In this document: positions 1-8,402 of the stretch, piece by piece
How the letters are laid out: the number at the start of each line of letters is the position of its first letter
Position numbering within the stretch: the first letter of the stretch is position 1
NCBI GenBank assembly: GCA_044345055.1
Contig: JBIJBT010000010.1
Span: 1-48,364, forward strand
Direction of reading: 5' to 3'
Length of the DNA stretch: 48,364 nucleotides
Source of the DNA: Bdellovibrionota bacterium
Lineage (GTDB): Bacteria > Bdellovibrionota_C > UBA2361 > OMIW01
Position numbers and translations under genes: made by a program
Notes under the pieces: model-generated
What the model was told of the DNA's origin: nothing
The model's database searches: none
What the model saw: only the letters and a program-made list of their open reading frames with translations

Positions 1-765
1 CAGCTAATACCTCACTTTCCCTAGAGCATTTTTGCTCACCAAACCTGTTGAGCGGCTGTTGCTCAGAGTTTCTGAGAGGGCTCCCGGATTCTGAGAAGGC
101 GCTCGGTTTCTCAGAAAGTTTTCGCGAAGGTTAAATCCTAAATGATTCACACAATTTAATATTCTTGAATTTGAGTGCTCAGCTCGGCCTCGAACTGATC
201 GTGCCGATTGTTCTTTTGACTCGACTCAAGAACCCATTTCCTCGACAAGTAATTTTAATTAAGACTTGGTTAGCTCCAACCTTGAGCACGATGACTCATC
301 ATAGCCCAAAGACCCAACAAAACTATTTAGTAACAGTTCACGGAGGTCAGAGTCCTTAGGTCGCGCAAACCTCGGGCTCTTCGTTAATTCCATCCCAAAG
401 AGATGAATCTTCTCGTGAACAATTACCCATGATCTCCCAACCTTAGCCGATCTCGCGTCTAAAACCTCAACGAGAGCTTACTTATTGGTGGATGACCCGA
501 ACTAATCATTTTTAGTAACTATTCCGCGCATAAACAACTAACGTCTACTGCGTCTAACTAATTTAAATTACCCAAGATTTTCGGGATTATCGGTTGCCCG
601 AATTACAGGCGACAAATAGTTTACTGAATAGTTACAAACGTTCCATCTTCCATTGTACGATCCATTTGTGAGAACGCAAAGCCCTTGATGAGGATGCCCC
701 GGTTATCGTTGTTTTTTGTTTTAGTGGGAGGGATGACGGTTGAGTGTGATTGCTTTGGCAAGGTA

Positions 766-1137
766 TCACGCGGGAATTAACCTTTGAACCTGTTCTACGA
801 GTTCGCCCGCTTTGCACGGTTTGGTTAATACGGCTGAGCATCCTGCATTTAGGGCTTCGGCGTGGGTTATGGGATCGTCAAGAGCGGTGAAAGCTATAAT
901 CGGGCCTTGCCAGGAACGGTCTCTTATAAATCTTATCAAATCCTGCCCCGATATTTGTGGCATCATCAGGTCAATTAAAATAATGTCGGGCCGGAAAGAA
1001 TCTAGCTGCGATAGGGCTGTTAATCCGTTAGTGCATGCATCAACCTCAAAACCTGCGTCCTCAAAGAGGAGGTTTATGATGTCGAGAGCAGTAAGATCAT
1101 CATCAACAATCAAAATTTTTCTGCTGGGGTACGACAT
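766..1137 (-). CDS. Single-domain response regulator (CheY-like receiver)
   Basis: ILIVDDD acidic pocket, DIILIDLMMPQISG phospho-acceptor segment, FTA and LTKP motifs; no output domain. Start taken at the ATG of MSYPSRK rather than the upstream GTG at 1146. Confidence 0.9.
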   Translation of the reverse strand: MSYPSRKILIVDDDLTALDIINLLFEDAGFEVDACTNGLTALSQLDSFRPDIILIDLMMPQISGQDLIRFIRDRSWQGPIIAFTALDDPITHAEALNAGCSAVLTKPCKAGELVEQVQRLIPA

Positions 1138-1771
1138 AAAGCACACCCTCTCTGGTTAATTAGTCGGCCGTCTAAATGGTCAATCACTGATGAGCAGCGT
1201 TCGAACCTCTTACACGGAAATCTACCGCAGGGGACGAGGCATAAAAAGAGGTGCTGTCGGCTTATTATTCGAACGGGATTTTTTTATCCTCAATTTTATC
1301 TCTGGCTGGTACGATAGTTTCTGCGAGAGATTGGGAGGATATGATGGCCGCCGGTCGGGGGAACTAACCAGTATTAGGTTGAGGAGAATCTTTGGGTGAT
1401 GGAGATTGCAACTGAATTGTTGGCCTAATCGCCCGATTGCGATATCCTTTCAGGTGGTTAACTACTCCATTACGGTTTCTCCATGAGAATCTGTTGTTCG
1501 AGAAGGCGGAAAATGTAACGGCTATAAAGTTGTCATAATTCCAAAGTCGAAGGGGCGGGAACCGCGCGATTACCTTCGACTAGTTTTGTGCTTTTGTTAA
1601 TCTGGGGGGAGCCGTTTGGCGTTTCCGCAAGTTTTTGATTAATTTGTGCATAACCGTCGGAGCGAAGACGGTGGACATTTGAGTTGGGGACACGGTTGGA
1701 GTTGGGGAAATATTTTGGGCTGAAGGTCGAATTCCCCGTGGGAGAAGTTTAGGCGACCGAATAAGAGTTTC

Positions 1772-3100
1772 ATGTTTGCGATAGAATTAGAGTTCAAAGA
1801 GGGGGGGATAGAGCGGGAGATTATTCTCGTTCGTCGGCCCTTGGTTGTTATTGGGTCGCAGTCGGATGCACAAGTTGTGATTGAGGGAACTCCTCTGTCG
1901 AAAAGCATACTACTTGCTCGACATATCGGGAGAAGGTTTAGATCAGCATTCCTCGATGAATCGGTCACTTCCATTGATGAGGACTCTCTTAACTTCTCAG
2001 AGCATGAGAGCGAAGCTCGGATAGAGCTTGATTCGATCTCTTTGCGTGTTTTCGCCCTCGACATGGATCTTATGGTTCGGTCTGGAGAAGCTGCTGATAG
2101 GGCGGCAGTCAGAGTTCTTCGTGAATCAACCTCAAGTTCTCACCCCTTATTCCCTGCGTTGGTGGTCCGGTCGGGTGTGTCGGTCGTGTTCTCATTCGCG
2201 CCGGAATTTCCAGTTCTGATAGGTCGATCGAGAGACGCTAATCTTCGAGTTGATTCGGCTTTTGTATCCTCGGTACATGCGCGGTTTGGTTTTGAGAACG
2301 GCGTGTTTTGGGTTGAGGATCTTGGTTCCACAAACGGGACCTTTAAGAAAGGAACGCGAATTGCGGGGAAGATTAATCTGGAGCCGGCGGAGCAGGTTGT
2401 TCTTGGAATGGATCTGACGGTAGCTGGTATAGTGTCAGGTGACCAAATCGTTGAGGCTTCCTCGTGGAGCGCACTTGGAGGCGAGGCGGTTCCTACGTAC
2501 CCGGTATTGGTCTCTCTCTCCGATGTAGTCCGACCCGGTCGAATTGCATTGGTCGCGGGTGTGCCGTTGCACCTTGGTAGAGACCCGAGCTCTGAGCTTT
2601 GGATAGGAGCACCACATGTTTCAAGAAAACATGCGGTGGTTGAACTGGAAAAGGGGGGCGCGGTTCGATTAGTAAATAGAAGCTTAAACGGTTTAGGCCA
2701 TGGAGATGGCGTATTACAAGCCGATGAAGAGCTTTCGATCGAAGGCGAACTTACGGTACTGGATTTCGGAGGAGGCGTAACGGTCGCGGTCTGTTTCAGT
2801 AAAGAGCAGGAGTCTCTATTTCGCGACGGAAGGGAAGGGAAAAGAGATTTTGTTCCAACTCCTATGAGCTCGGACGATGAAGGTCAGCAAATTGTTAAAT
2901 CTTTTGCAGACTTTTCACGTGCGCAAGGGAGAAGATTCGATGCAGATACATCTTGGCAACCCCGTTCACAGAGGGCTGTTAGTGAGCCTACTCGCAGTGA
3001 GAAACGCCGACCGATATACCCGGAACGCACAACGAAAGTTGCCTCAGTAGGAAATCGTTTGCGCGGTTTTTTAGGGCGAATAGGGTCGGGTAAACGATAA
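1772..3100 (+). CDS. Soluble multi-FHA-domain protein (first gene of the T3SS-like operon)
   Basis: Two canonical FHA domains (IGRSRDANL...VSSVHARF...DLGSTNGTF and LGRDPSSEL...VSRKHAVV...RSLNG) plus a degenerate N-terminal one (VVIGSQSDAQVVI); basic disordered tail; no obvious TM helix. Confidence 0.85.
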   Translation: MFAIELEFKEGGIEREIILVRRPLVVIGSQSDAQVVIEGTPLSKSILLARHIGRRFRSAFLDESVTSIDEDSLNFSEHESEARIELDSISLRVFALDMDLMVRSGEAADRAAVRVLRESTSSSHPLFPALVVRSGVSVVFSFAPEFPVLIGRSRDANLRVDSAFVSSVHARFGFENGVFWVEDLGSTNGTFKKGTRIAGKINLEPAEQVVLGMDLTVAGIVSGDQIVEASSWSALGGEAVPTYPVLVSLSDVVRPGRIALVAGVPLHLGRDPSSELWIGAPHVSRKHAVVELEKGGAVRLVNRSLNGLGHGDGVLQADEELSIEGELTVLDFGGGVTVAVCFSKEQESLFRDGREGKRDFVPTPMSSDDEGQQIVKSFADFSRAQGRRFDADTSWQPRSQRAVSEPTRSEKRRPIYPERTTKVASVGNRLRGFLGRIGSGKR

Positions 3101-3238
3101 TTGTTCGAAAGTTTTTTAGAACCTATGACGTTCTGATGCGGAGTGACTGATTTTAAAAGAGTGGGCCGTACACCGTTACGGTCAGTAAAGTACGTTTTTA
3201 CTCGATTATTTGATTGGGATGGCGAGAGGTAACCGGTT

Positions 3239-4786
3239 ATGAGTGCGAGTAATGATTTGACCTTTATCCGCTGTGCTTCGTGTAGAAGCCTTGTGCCGGC
3301 AGTATCGAGTCGCTGCCGGATGTGTGGTAATTCGCTTCGGCCCGAGGAATCAGAGGGTTCGGATGAGGAGCGGCGATCCCCAAGAGTTCGCCAGCCCACG
3401 ACCAGTTTAACGGTAGAAGAGACGGAGTGGATCCGAGAGGAATCTTCGGCTGTTAACACTGATTATGTTGAAGAAGAGGGTCAACCGCAAATAGAGGAGC
3501 AAGCTCAAGAAGATCTCGAGGTTTTAGAGGCAAATGTTGATGAACCGAGAAATGAGAGCTTTGATGAGGCGGAGAGCAGCGGTGAGGAGACAGAGGCTGA
3601 GTCCCTCGATGTATCACTACTTGATGAAGCACTGCTCGATATAAGCGAAAAATCCGAGTCGATTACGGCGGTTTTAGAAGAGAGTGATTCTGGGATTAAT
3701 GTCGGCCTTTCGGAAGAGATAATTGCAGTTGATGGCTTAGAAGAATCAGTTGAAATTGCGGAAACTAACTCTAGTTCGGTTTTTAACCTCATCGAACAAC
3801 CAGCTGTCGCTGTTGAAGAGATTGTCTTTGATGAAGAGTCAGAAGATGATTCTCTTTTCGATGGAAAGCCTGATTCGAAAATTAGTGCTGAAATCGAAAC
3901 GGCTCAGGATGAACTCTTACTCGACGAGAGCCCAGCTGTTGAGGAAAGTGTTGTTGAGGACGAATCTTTAATCGATGCTGGGGTTGAAATAAACGAGGGT
4001 GCCGGGATTTTATCGGATATAGCGAGCGAAGCTCTCGCGTCCGATGTTGTCGAAGATATTCAAAATGCGGTGGAAGAAAAATTCGCTGAGGACGTTGTAG
4101 AGGAGAAGGTGGTGGAGGAAAATTCGCAAAAAGAGGATGAAGTTCCAACGGTACCGAAAGCTGGAAAGCCTGCATTCTCTCTCCAAAAAAATCCTGGTCG
4201 CGCCCTTAATTTTGGCCGAACGAGTCCATCTCCTCGAGAAGAAAAATCCGACCTACGTGAAAGTTCAAAACAACAAAAACCCGAAGTGAAGACGGAGGCG
4301 CCAGAGCGCAAAGAAGAGAGTGCGCGAACTCATAGAGAGCAACGAGGAAATGGTGAAAGAGCGCCTAAAGAGGTGGTTAGGAAAGAGCAGGCTGTGCCGA
4401 CAACTCCGGTGCGGAGCACGACCCGTATGGCAACACCTGGTTCAACGCGTTTGTTCGGATGGCTGGTTTCGTACAGCAGTCAGGAAGGCTCGGCTATAGA
4501 GCTTCGCGAGGGAAAAACACTCGTTACTCGCTCTAGTCTGAAAAATGGTGACCTTGTTATCGATGCTCCAAGCATATCGACTCCGCATGCGCTTTTGATG
4601 ATGGGATCTGATACCGGTTTCTTCATTCAGGATTTAATCAGCGAACGGGGCGTTTGGATTAGAAGAAAAGATGAGGATACCTATCATCAGGAGGAAAACA
4701 GTATCGAGCTGTTCCATGGCGATTGGGTTCGTATTGGTGATGTTGAGTTTCTTGTGTCCTTGGTGCCCTATGTGGGAGTTCGCTAG
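3239..4786 (+). CDS. Zn-ribbon + long acidic disordered linker + C-terminal degenerate FHA protein
   Basis: N-terminal CASC-x10-CRMC; very E/D-rich middle region; C-terminal GWLVSY...IELREGKTLVTR...ISTPHALL...IQDLISERGVWI FHA-type fold. Confidence 0.75.
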   Translation: MSASNDLTFIRCASCRSLVPAVSSRCRMCGNSLRPEESEGSDEERRSPRVRQPTTSLTVEETEWIREESSAVNTDYVEEEGQPQIEEQAQEDLEVLEANVDEPRNESFDEAESSGEETEAESLDVSLLDEALLDISEKSESITAVLEESDSGINVGLSEEIIAVDGLEESVEIAETNSSSVFNLIEQPAVAVEEIVFDEESEDDSLFDGKPDSKISAEIETAQDELLLDESPAVEESVVEDESLIDAGVEINEGAGILSDIASEALASDVVEDIQNAVEEKFAEDVVEEKVVEENSQKEDEVPTVPKAGKPAFSLQKNPGRALNFGRTSPSPREEKSDLRESSKQQKPEVKTEAPERKEESARTHREQRGNGERAPKEVVRKEQAVPTTPVRSTTRMATPGSTRLFGWLVSYSSQEGSAIELREGKTLVTRSSLKNGDLVIDAPSISTPHALLMMGSDTGFFIQDLISERGVWIRRKDEDTYHQEENSIELFHGDWVRIGDVEFLVSLVPYVGVR

Positions 4787-4838
4787 GAAAGTGTAACGAA
4801 GCGATCTGGTGCGCCTAGATTGATTTAAAAAACATCTC

Positions 4839-5483
4839 GTGAATTTGAAATTTCCGGCCGTAACGAATTTTGTAGTGGGTCGCGTTCACGGGTTGGCGAC
4901 CTGCATTTTTACAGTTTGCGTACTCTGTGGTTGTCGTGAAACCGTTGTGCGGGATCTGAACCAGCGGCAAGCTTTTGAGGTAGTTGGTCTACTTGCTGCG
5001 AGGGGAATCGAAGGCTCAATAGTCGCAAAGGGCGGAGGAAGGGGGTCTGAATTCGAAGTTGAAACGGAGAGTTCACAAAAAAGAGAAGCTGCGCTCGCTA
5101 TTGCCTCTGCGGAGCTTCCATCGCCGGATTCTTTATCTAGCGATGCTCTGCTAGGAAATCAGGGCGGATTGATTCCCTCATCCTCTTTCGTTGAGCGATA
5201 CCGAATGGATAGAGCGCTTAGTGCTCAGATTGAGGAGCAGGTAGCTCTCTTCCCAGGAGTGTCGGCGGTTCGAGTCCTTCTTCGTTTGCACGGAATTTCT
5301 GAAGTCGCATCGACGGTGCCAGAAAAAAGGAGGGCTGGTCCGACCATGACAGTAGTCGTAAAAATGAAGGATAACGAAGATGTTCGGAAAGAGGTCGTGG
5401 CGATAGTCCGTAAGGTTGTGCCAGAACTTTCAGACGATCAGTGTGATTTTACCTTCATTAATGGTTTGCAACTAGCGAAGTAG
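4839..5483 (+). CDS. sctJ: T3SS inner-membrane ring lipoprotein, SctJ/YscJ/PrgK family (divergent)
   Basis: Lipobox-like VLCGC followed by RETVVRDLNQRQAFEVVGLLAARGIEG (YscJ pattern L.e.eAne...lL...gI.a), LP, GLIPSSSFVERYR, LSAQIEEQVALFPGVSAVRV; 214 aa, far shorter than FliF; no C-terminal TM anchor. Confidence 0.8.
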   Translation: MNLKFPAVTNFVVGRVHGLATCIFTVCVLCGCRETVVRDLNQRQAFEVVGLLAARGIEGSIVAKGGGRGSEFEVETESSQKREAALAIASAELPSPDSLSSDALLGNQGGLIPSSSFVERYRMDRALSAQIEEQVALFPGVSAVRVLLRLHGISEVASTVPEKRRAGPTMTVVVKMKDNEDVRKEVVAIVRKVVPELSDDQCDFTFINGLQLAK

Positions 5484-5576
5484 TACGTTTCATCGGTTGC
5501 TCGATGATCTGGTCACTTTTCGCTGAAGTGAGAATTTTCAATAATTAGACCGGCCGCTGATATTGTTAGAGGGAAG

Positions 5577-5795
5577 ATGATAGACCTAGACCGTTTCAGA
5601 AGATTACCGTCGACGCAACGTGCGCTTGTAGCGATAGCGGTTTTGCTGGATGGGAGGGAGGCTGTTACCTATCTTGAGCAGGATGCTCATTCAGGGGCAG
5701 AACTTGGGGATGTATCCCAGATGCTTTCAGAGCTGACGAGTGATGTCCGGATTCCTCTTCTCGGGACGGAGCTGAGGGAGGCGATTCATGAATGA
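5577..5795 (+). CDS. Small helical protein in the SctK/FliG position
   Basis: RBS agagggaag, overlaps the next gene; RLPSTQRALVAIAVLLDGREAVTYL resembles the FliG N-terminal pattern L.g.qKAAilll.lGe..aa.vl; lies between sctJ and sctQ. Confidence 0.5.
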   Translation: MIDLDRFRRLPSTQRALVAIAVLLDGREAVTYLEQDAHSGAELGDVSQMLSELTSDVRIPLLGTELREAIHE

Positions 5796-6828
5796 TACTA
5801 ATAGCGGTCTCAAAGAATCTTCAGAAGATGTTGAGTTGACTCCCTGGGAACCGAACGGCTTGCTTCGGCGGGTCGATAGTCGTGAAGTCGAGCTTTCGCG
5901 AGGATTTCTCAGAAGTAAACCGGAGCGTTGGGTTCCAAATCTTATGCTTCACTGGACACCGCTGATTCATTCGGTGGGAGCTGATATCCGAATCATTGAG
6001 GTTCGTCCAATTCTTAACCCGCCGCAGATGGCGGAACAGGGAGTAATGCTCGCATTGGGCAAGCATTTTATCGTCGTTGGAGCAGATAGCAGTTTTCAGA
6101 GCAGTATACTGGACGCAATTGTTCCTGATTCGACACCAAAAGCTCGATCGGTTGTGTTTGAATACCTAGGACGGCGGCTGCTCGGAAGTTTGGCGATAAG
6201 TTGGGGAGGTCAAGAGACTGGCAGGGTACGGGTGTTCGGAGGTATACAGGTTGATTCTCATGAATATGGAGGTGCGGTAAAGATTGTCGCCATGATAAAT
6301 GGCCGACCAGCAACTCTTTTCCTTTTTCTCTCAGGAACCTTGGTCGATGAGCTTGATAGGTTGTGGCGATTAGAGCTGCTGTCGCTAAATCGAGCTGCTC
6401 AGTCAGCACAGAAGGCTTTTTTTGAGATTGCTCAACTTGCCGTGCCGCCTGCAGCTTTATCAGAGTATCTGCGTTCGGGGCAAGCGGTCGATCTCGATGT
6501 TGCAATGTCCGACAACTTTGTACTTCGGATAGGCGATTCAACCTCTATTAGTGCCCGTATGTGTGAGGTTGAATCGAATCTTGGATGCGAGGTCGTTTCA
6601 ATAAAATCGCCACCTCCCGCTTTTCCTGAAGGTTTCGACCGTTTTTCAGTAGTATTCGGCACCATCGATTGCGATTCAACTATGATAGCAGAGTGGTGTC
6701 AGCCAGGAGTAGTTATCGACACCGGATTGCCGCTCGGTGATCGAATAGAGTTGTGGGTAAATGGAGTAAAATCTGGGAAAGGAGTGCTCCGTTCTTACAA
6801 GGGAAGATTTGCGGTCGAAGTCGATTAG
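5788..6828 (+). CDS. sctQ: T3SS cytoplasmic ring protein SctQ (FliM/FliN-like, two SPOA domains)
   Basis: Two C-terminal SPOA-like repeats, including VVFGTIDCDSTMIAEWCQPGVVIDTGLPLGDRIELWVNGVKSGKGVLRSYKGRFAVEV (FliN/YscQ pattern); 346 aa; immediately upstream of sctR. Confidence 0.75.
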   Translation: MNDTNSGLKESSEDVELTPWEPNGLLRRVDSREVELSRGFLRSKPERWVPNLMLHWTPLIHSVGADIRIIEVRPILNPPQMAEQGVMLALGKHFIVVGADSSFQSSILDAIVPDSTPKARSVVFEYLGRRLLGSLAISWGGQETGRVRVFGGIQVDSHEYGGAVKIVAMINGRPATLFLFLSGTLVDELDRLWRLELLSLNRAAQSAQKAFFEIAQLAVPPAALSEYLRSGQAVDLDVAMSDNFVLRIGDSTSISARMCEVESNLGCEVVSIKSPPPAFPEGFDRFSVVFGTIDCDSTMIAEWCQPGVVIDTGLPLGDRIELWVNGVKSGKGVLRSYKGRFAVEVD

Positions 6829-6935
6829 TCTAATCGGTTCGGCTGAAATTATCTGTTTTGAGAAAGTCTTGTTGTTTCCCGCCCTTGTTCTGGCATCACT
6901 ACCGACTAGCTACCTGAAAAGTTGGGAGACTCTTT

Positions 6936-7517
6936 GTGGATCCTTCGTTTCTCTTTTCTCTCTTTTTTCTTACCTCATTTATTCGCATTCTTTTTGTCTT
7001 TTCAATTCTTCGACGAGGGCTCGGGTTCTGCGATCTACCATCAGCGTTAGCAGTTTTACTAGTTTCCGCGGCACTCTCTTTTTCAGATCTGCCATCTGGA
7101 AGTGATGTGCAGATCTCTTCTTTCTCCAATTCGTCGATCATCAAACAGGAATCAAAGGAGGCTGACGATAAAATCGCTCAGATTTTGGTGAATAAGACCG
7201 ATCCAGTTGTTCTCGAGCAGCTCCTGAAAATATCTCGCAATCGAGCTGGTGGTGATACTTCGGCTTCAACTGTTGTCGATAAGCCTAAGCTTTCTCTCTT
7301 ACTCGGAGCGTTTGCGCTCTCAGAGCTTCGGAAGTCCTTCCAGATGGGGGTAACTTTCCTCGTTCCCTTTGTCGTGATTGATATCTTTCTCGCGATTCTC
7401 ATCTCACTAGTAGGCATTTCATCTTTATCGGTCGAGATGGTCTCTTTCCCGGCAAAGATACTCGCATTTTTAGCGCTTGATGGATGGTCTCTAGTTATGC
7501 GAACGATTTCAGGTTAG
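6936..7517 (+). CDS. sctR: T3SS export gate subunit SctR/FliP family (divergent, N-terminally short)
   Basis: LTSFIRILFVFSILRRGLG and AFALSELRKSFQMGVTFLVPFVVIDI...SFPAKILAFLALDGWSLV match FliP/YscR signatures; GTG start after gggag, in-frame stop at 6915. Confidence 0.9.
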   Translation: MDPSFLFSLFFLTSFIRILFVFSILRRGLGFCDLPSALAVLLVSAALSFSDLPSGSDVQISSFSNSSIIKQESKEADDKIAQILVNKTDPVVLEQLLKISRNRAGGDTSASTVVDKPKLSLLLGAFALSELRKSFQMGVTFLVPFVVIDIFLAILISLVGISSLSVEMVSFPAKILAFLALDGWSLVMRTISG

Positions 7518-7578
7518 ATGAAAGATAGAAGCTTTCCTCGTACGAGTGACAGATGATTATTAAAAGGAGCCAACTACA

Positions 7579-7824
7579 GTGAGTCCTGAGTTGAGAGATA
7601 CGCTCCTTGTGAGTTTTAACATTTTTTTTCTTGTTGGCATCCCAATAGTCGGAGCAGTTGTTGCCGCCTCTCTTCTTGTTGCATTGTTTGAGCGGTTAAC
7701 GGGGATTAAAGATGCCTCGCTTGGCTTGATGATTAGGTTGGCTGCGGGTATCGCTGCATCAGTTGTTCTCTGGGAACGATTTTGGCTCCTACTTCAACAG
7801 TTGGGAAAGCAGGCGTTCGGTTGA
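7579..7824 (+). CDS. sctS: T3SS export gate subunit SctS/FliQ family (divergent)
   Basis: 81-aa two-TM protein after sctR; IPIVGAVVAASLLVALFERLTGIKDASLGLMIRL aligns to FliQ P.l.va..vGl.isifQa.TQiqEqtLsF.pKl; RBS aaaaggag. Confidence 0.75.
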   Translation: MSPELRDTLLVSFNIFFLVGIPIVGAVVAASLLVALFERLTGIKDASLGLMIRLAAGIAASVVLWERFWLLLQQLGKQAFG

Positions 7825-7834
7825 AAAGGATTCT

Positions 7835-8365
7835 ATGGATGAGGCCAAAGACTGGGATTGGGGTTCGATTATTATCGGCTCACTAATTGGAGTCTTATTT
7901 GTTACATCATCCGGAAACGTGCTCTCTGAAAGAGAACTCGCCATTCTTGCACTTCTCTTTGGAGGACCAGCTTTAGCCGCATGGTCAGCGACGTGGGTTA
8001 TATCCTCAGTTGGAAAGATTCCATCAATTCCCTCATTAACTCTCTGGGTACTCTGTCTGGCAGGGAGCACTCTGTTTTTGCAGGTTGAGGATATTGCCGC
8101 TCTTGCGGGCCCCTCAAGCGAATTAAGTTATCGGCTTCTTGGCTTTGTTGCTATTGGCTTTCTGTGGCGGGTCTGCGTGCTTGCAGGGTGCGGGGTATTT
8201 ATAGTTGGTGTGACGATGTTACCGATGGTGTGGTGGCTCGATCGAAGTAGCTCGCGCTCTAGTTGTCTCTTAGCGGTTGCTAAATTAGCTCTTTTTCTCT
8301 CGGTTCTTATCTTCTTGGCTGGTGTAGCGACAGAATATATTCTGAAAACGTCGCTTCCTCGCTGA
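7835..8365 (+). CDS. Polytopic membrane protein, probable highly divergent SctT/FliR
   Basis: Position after sctR-sctS; hydrophobic; C-terminal LPMVWWLDRSSSRSSCLLAVAKLALFLSVL loosely matches FliR lglLnR..Pq.n.f....plK...gl.vl; start chosen at ATG 7835 after aagga. Confidence 0.5.
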   Translation: MDEAKDWDWGSIIIGSLIGVLFVTSSGNVLSERELAILALLFGGPALAAWSATWVISSVGKIPSIPSLTLWVLCLAGSTLFLQVEDIAALAGPSSELSYRLLGFVAIGFLWRVCVLAGCGVFIVGVTMLPMVWWLDRSSSRSSCLLAVAKLALFLSVLIFLAGVATEYILKTSLPR

Positions 8366-8402
8366 GTGAGTTGCATGAGGAGATGGTTTTGACGGGGACT
8401 TG

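Noticed and set aside
165..1399. Short ORFs 165-359, 632-841, 812-1159 and 1190-1399
   Set aside because: They have weak or no RBS, no recognisable motifs, and two overlap the response regulator.
1645..1653. DnaA box (tgtgcataa) suggesting an origin
   Set aside because: Only one box was found, with no cluster and no dnaA/gidA context.
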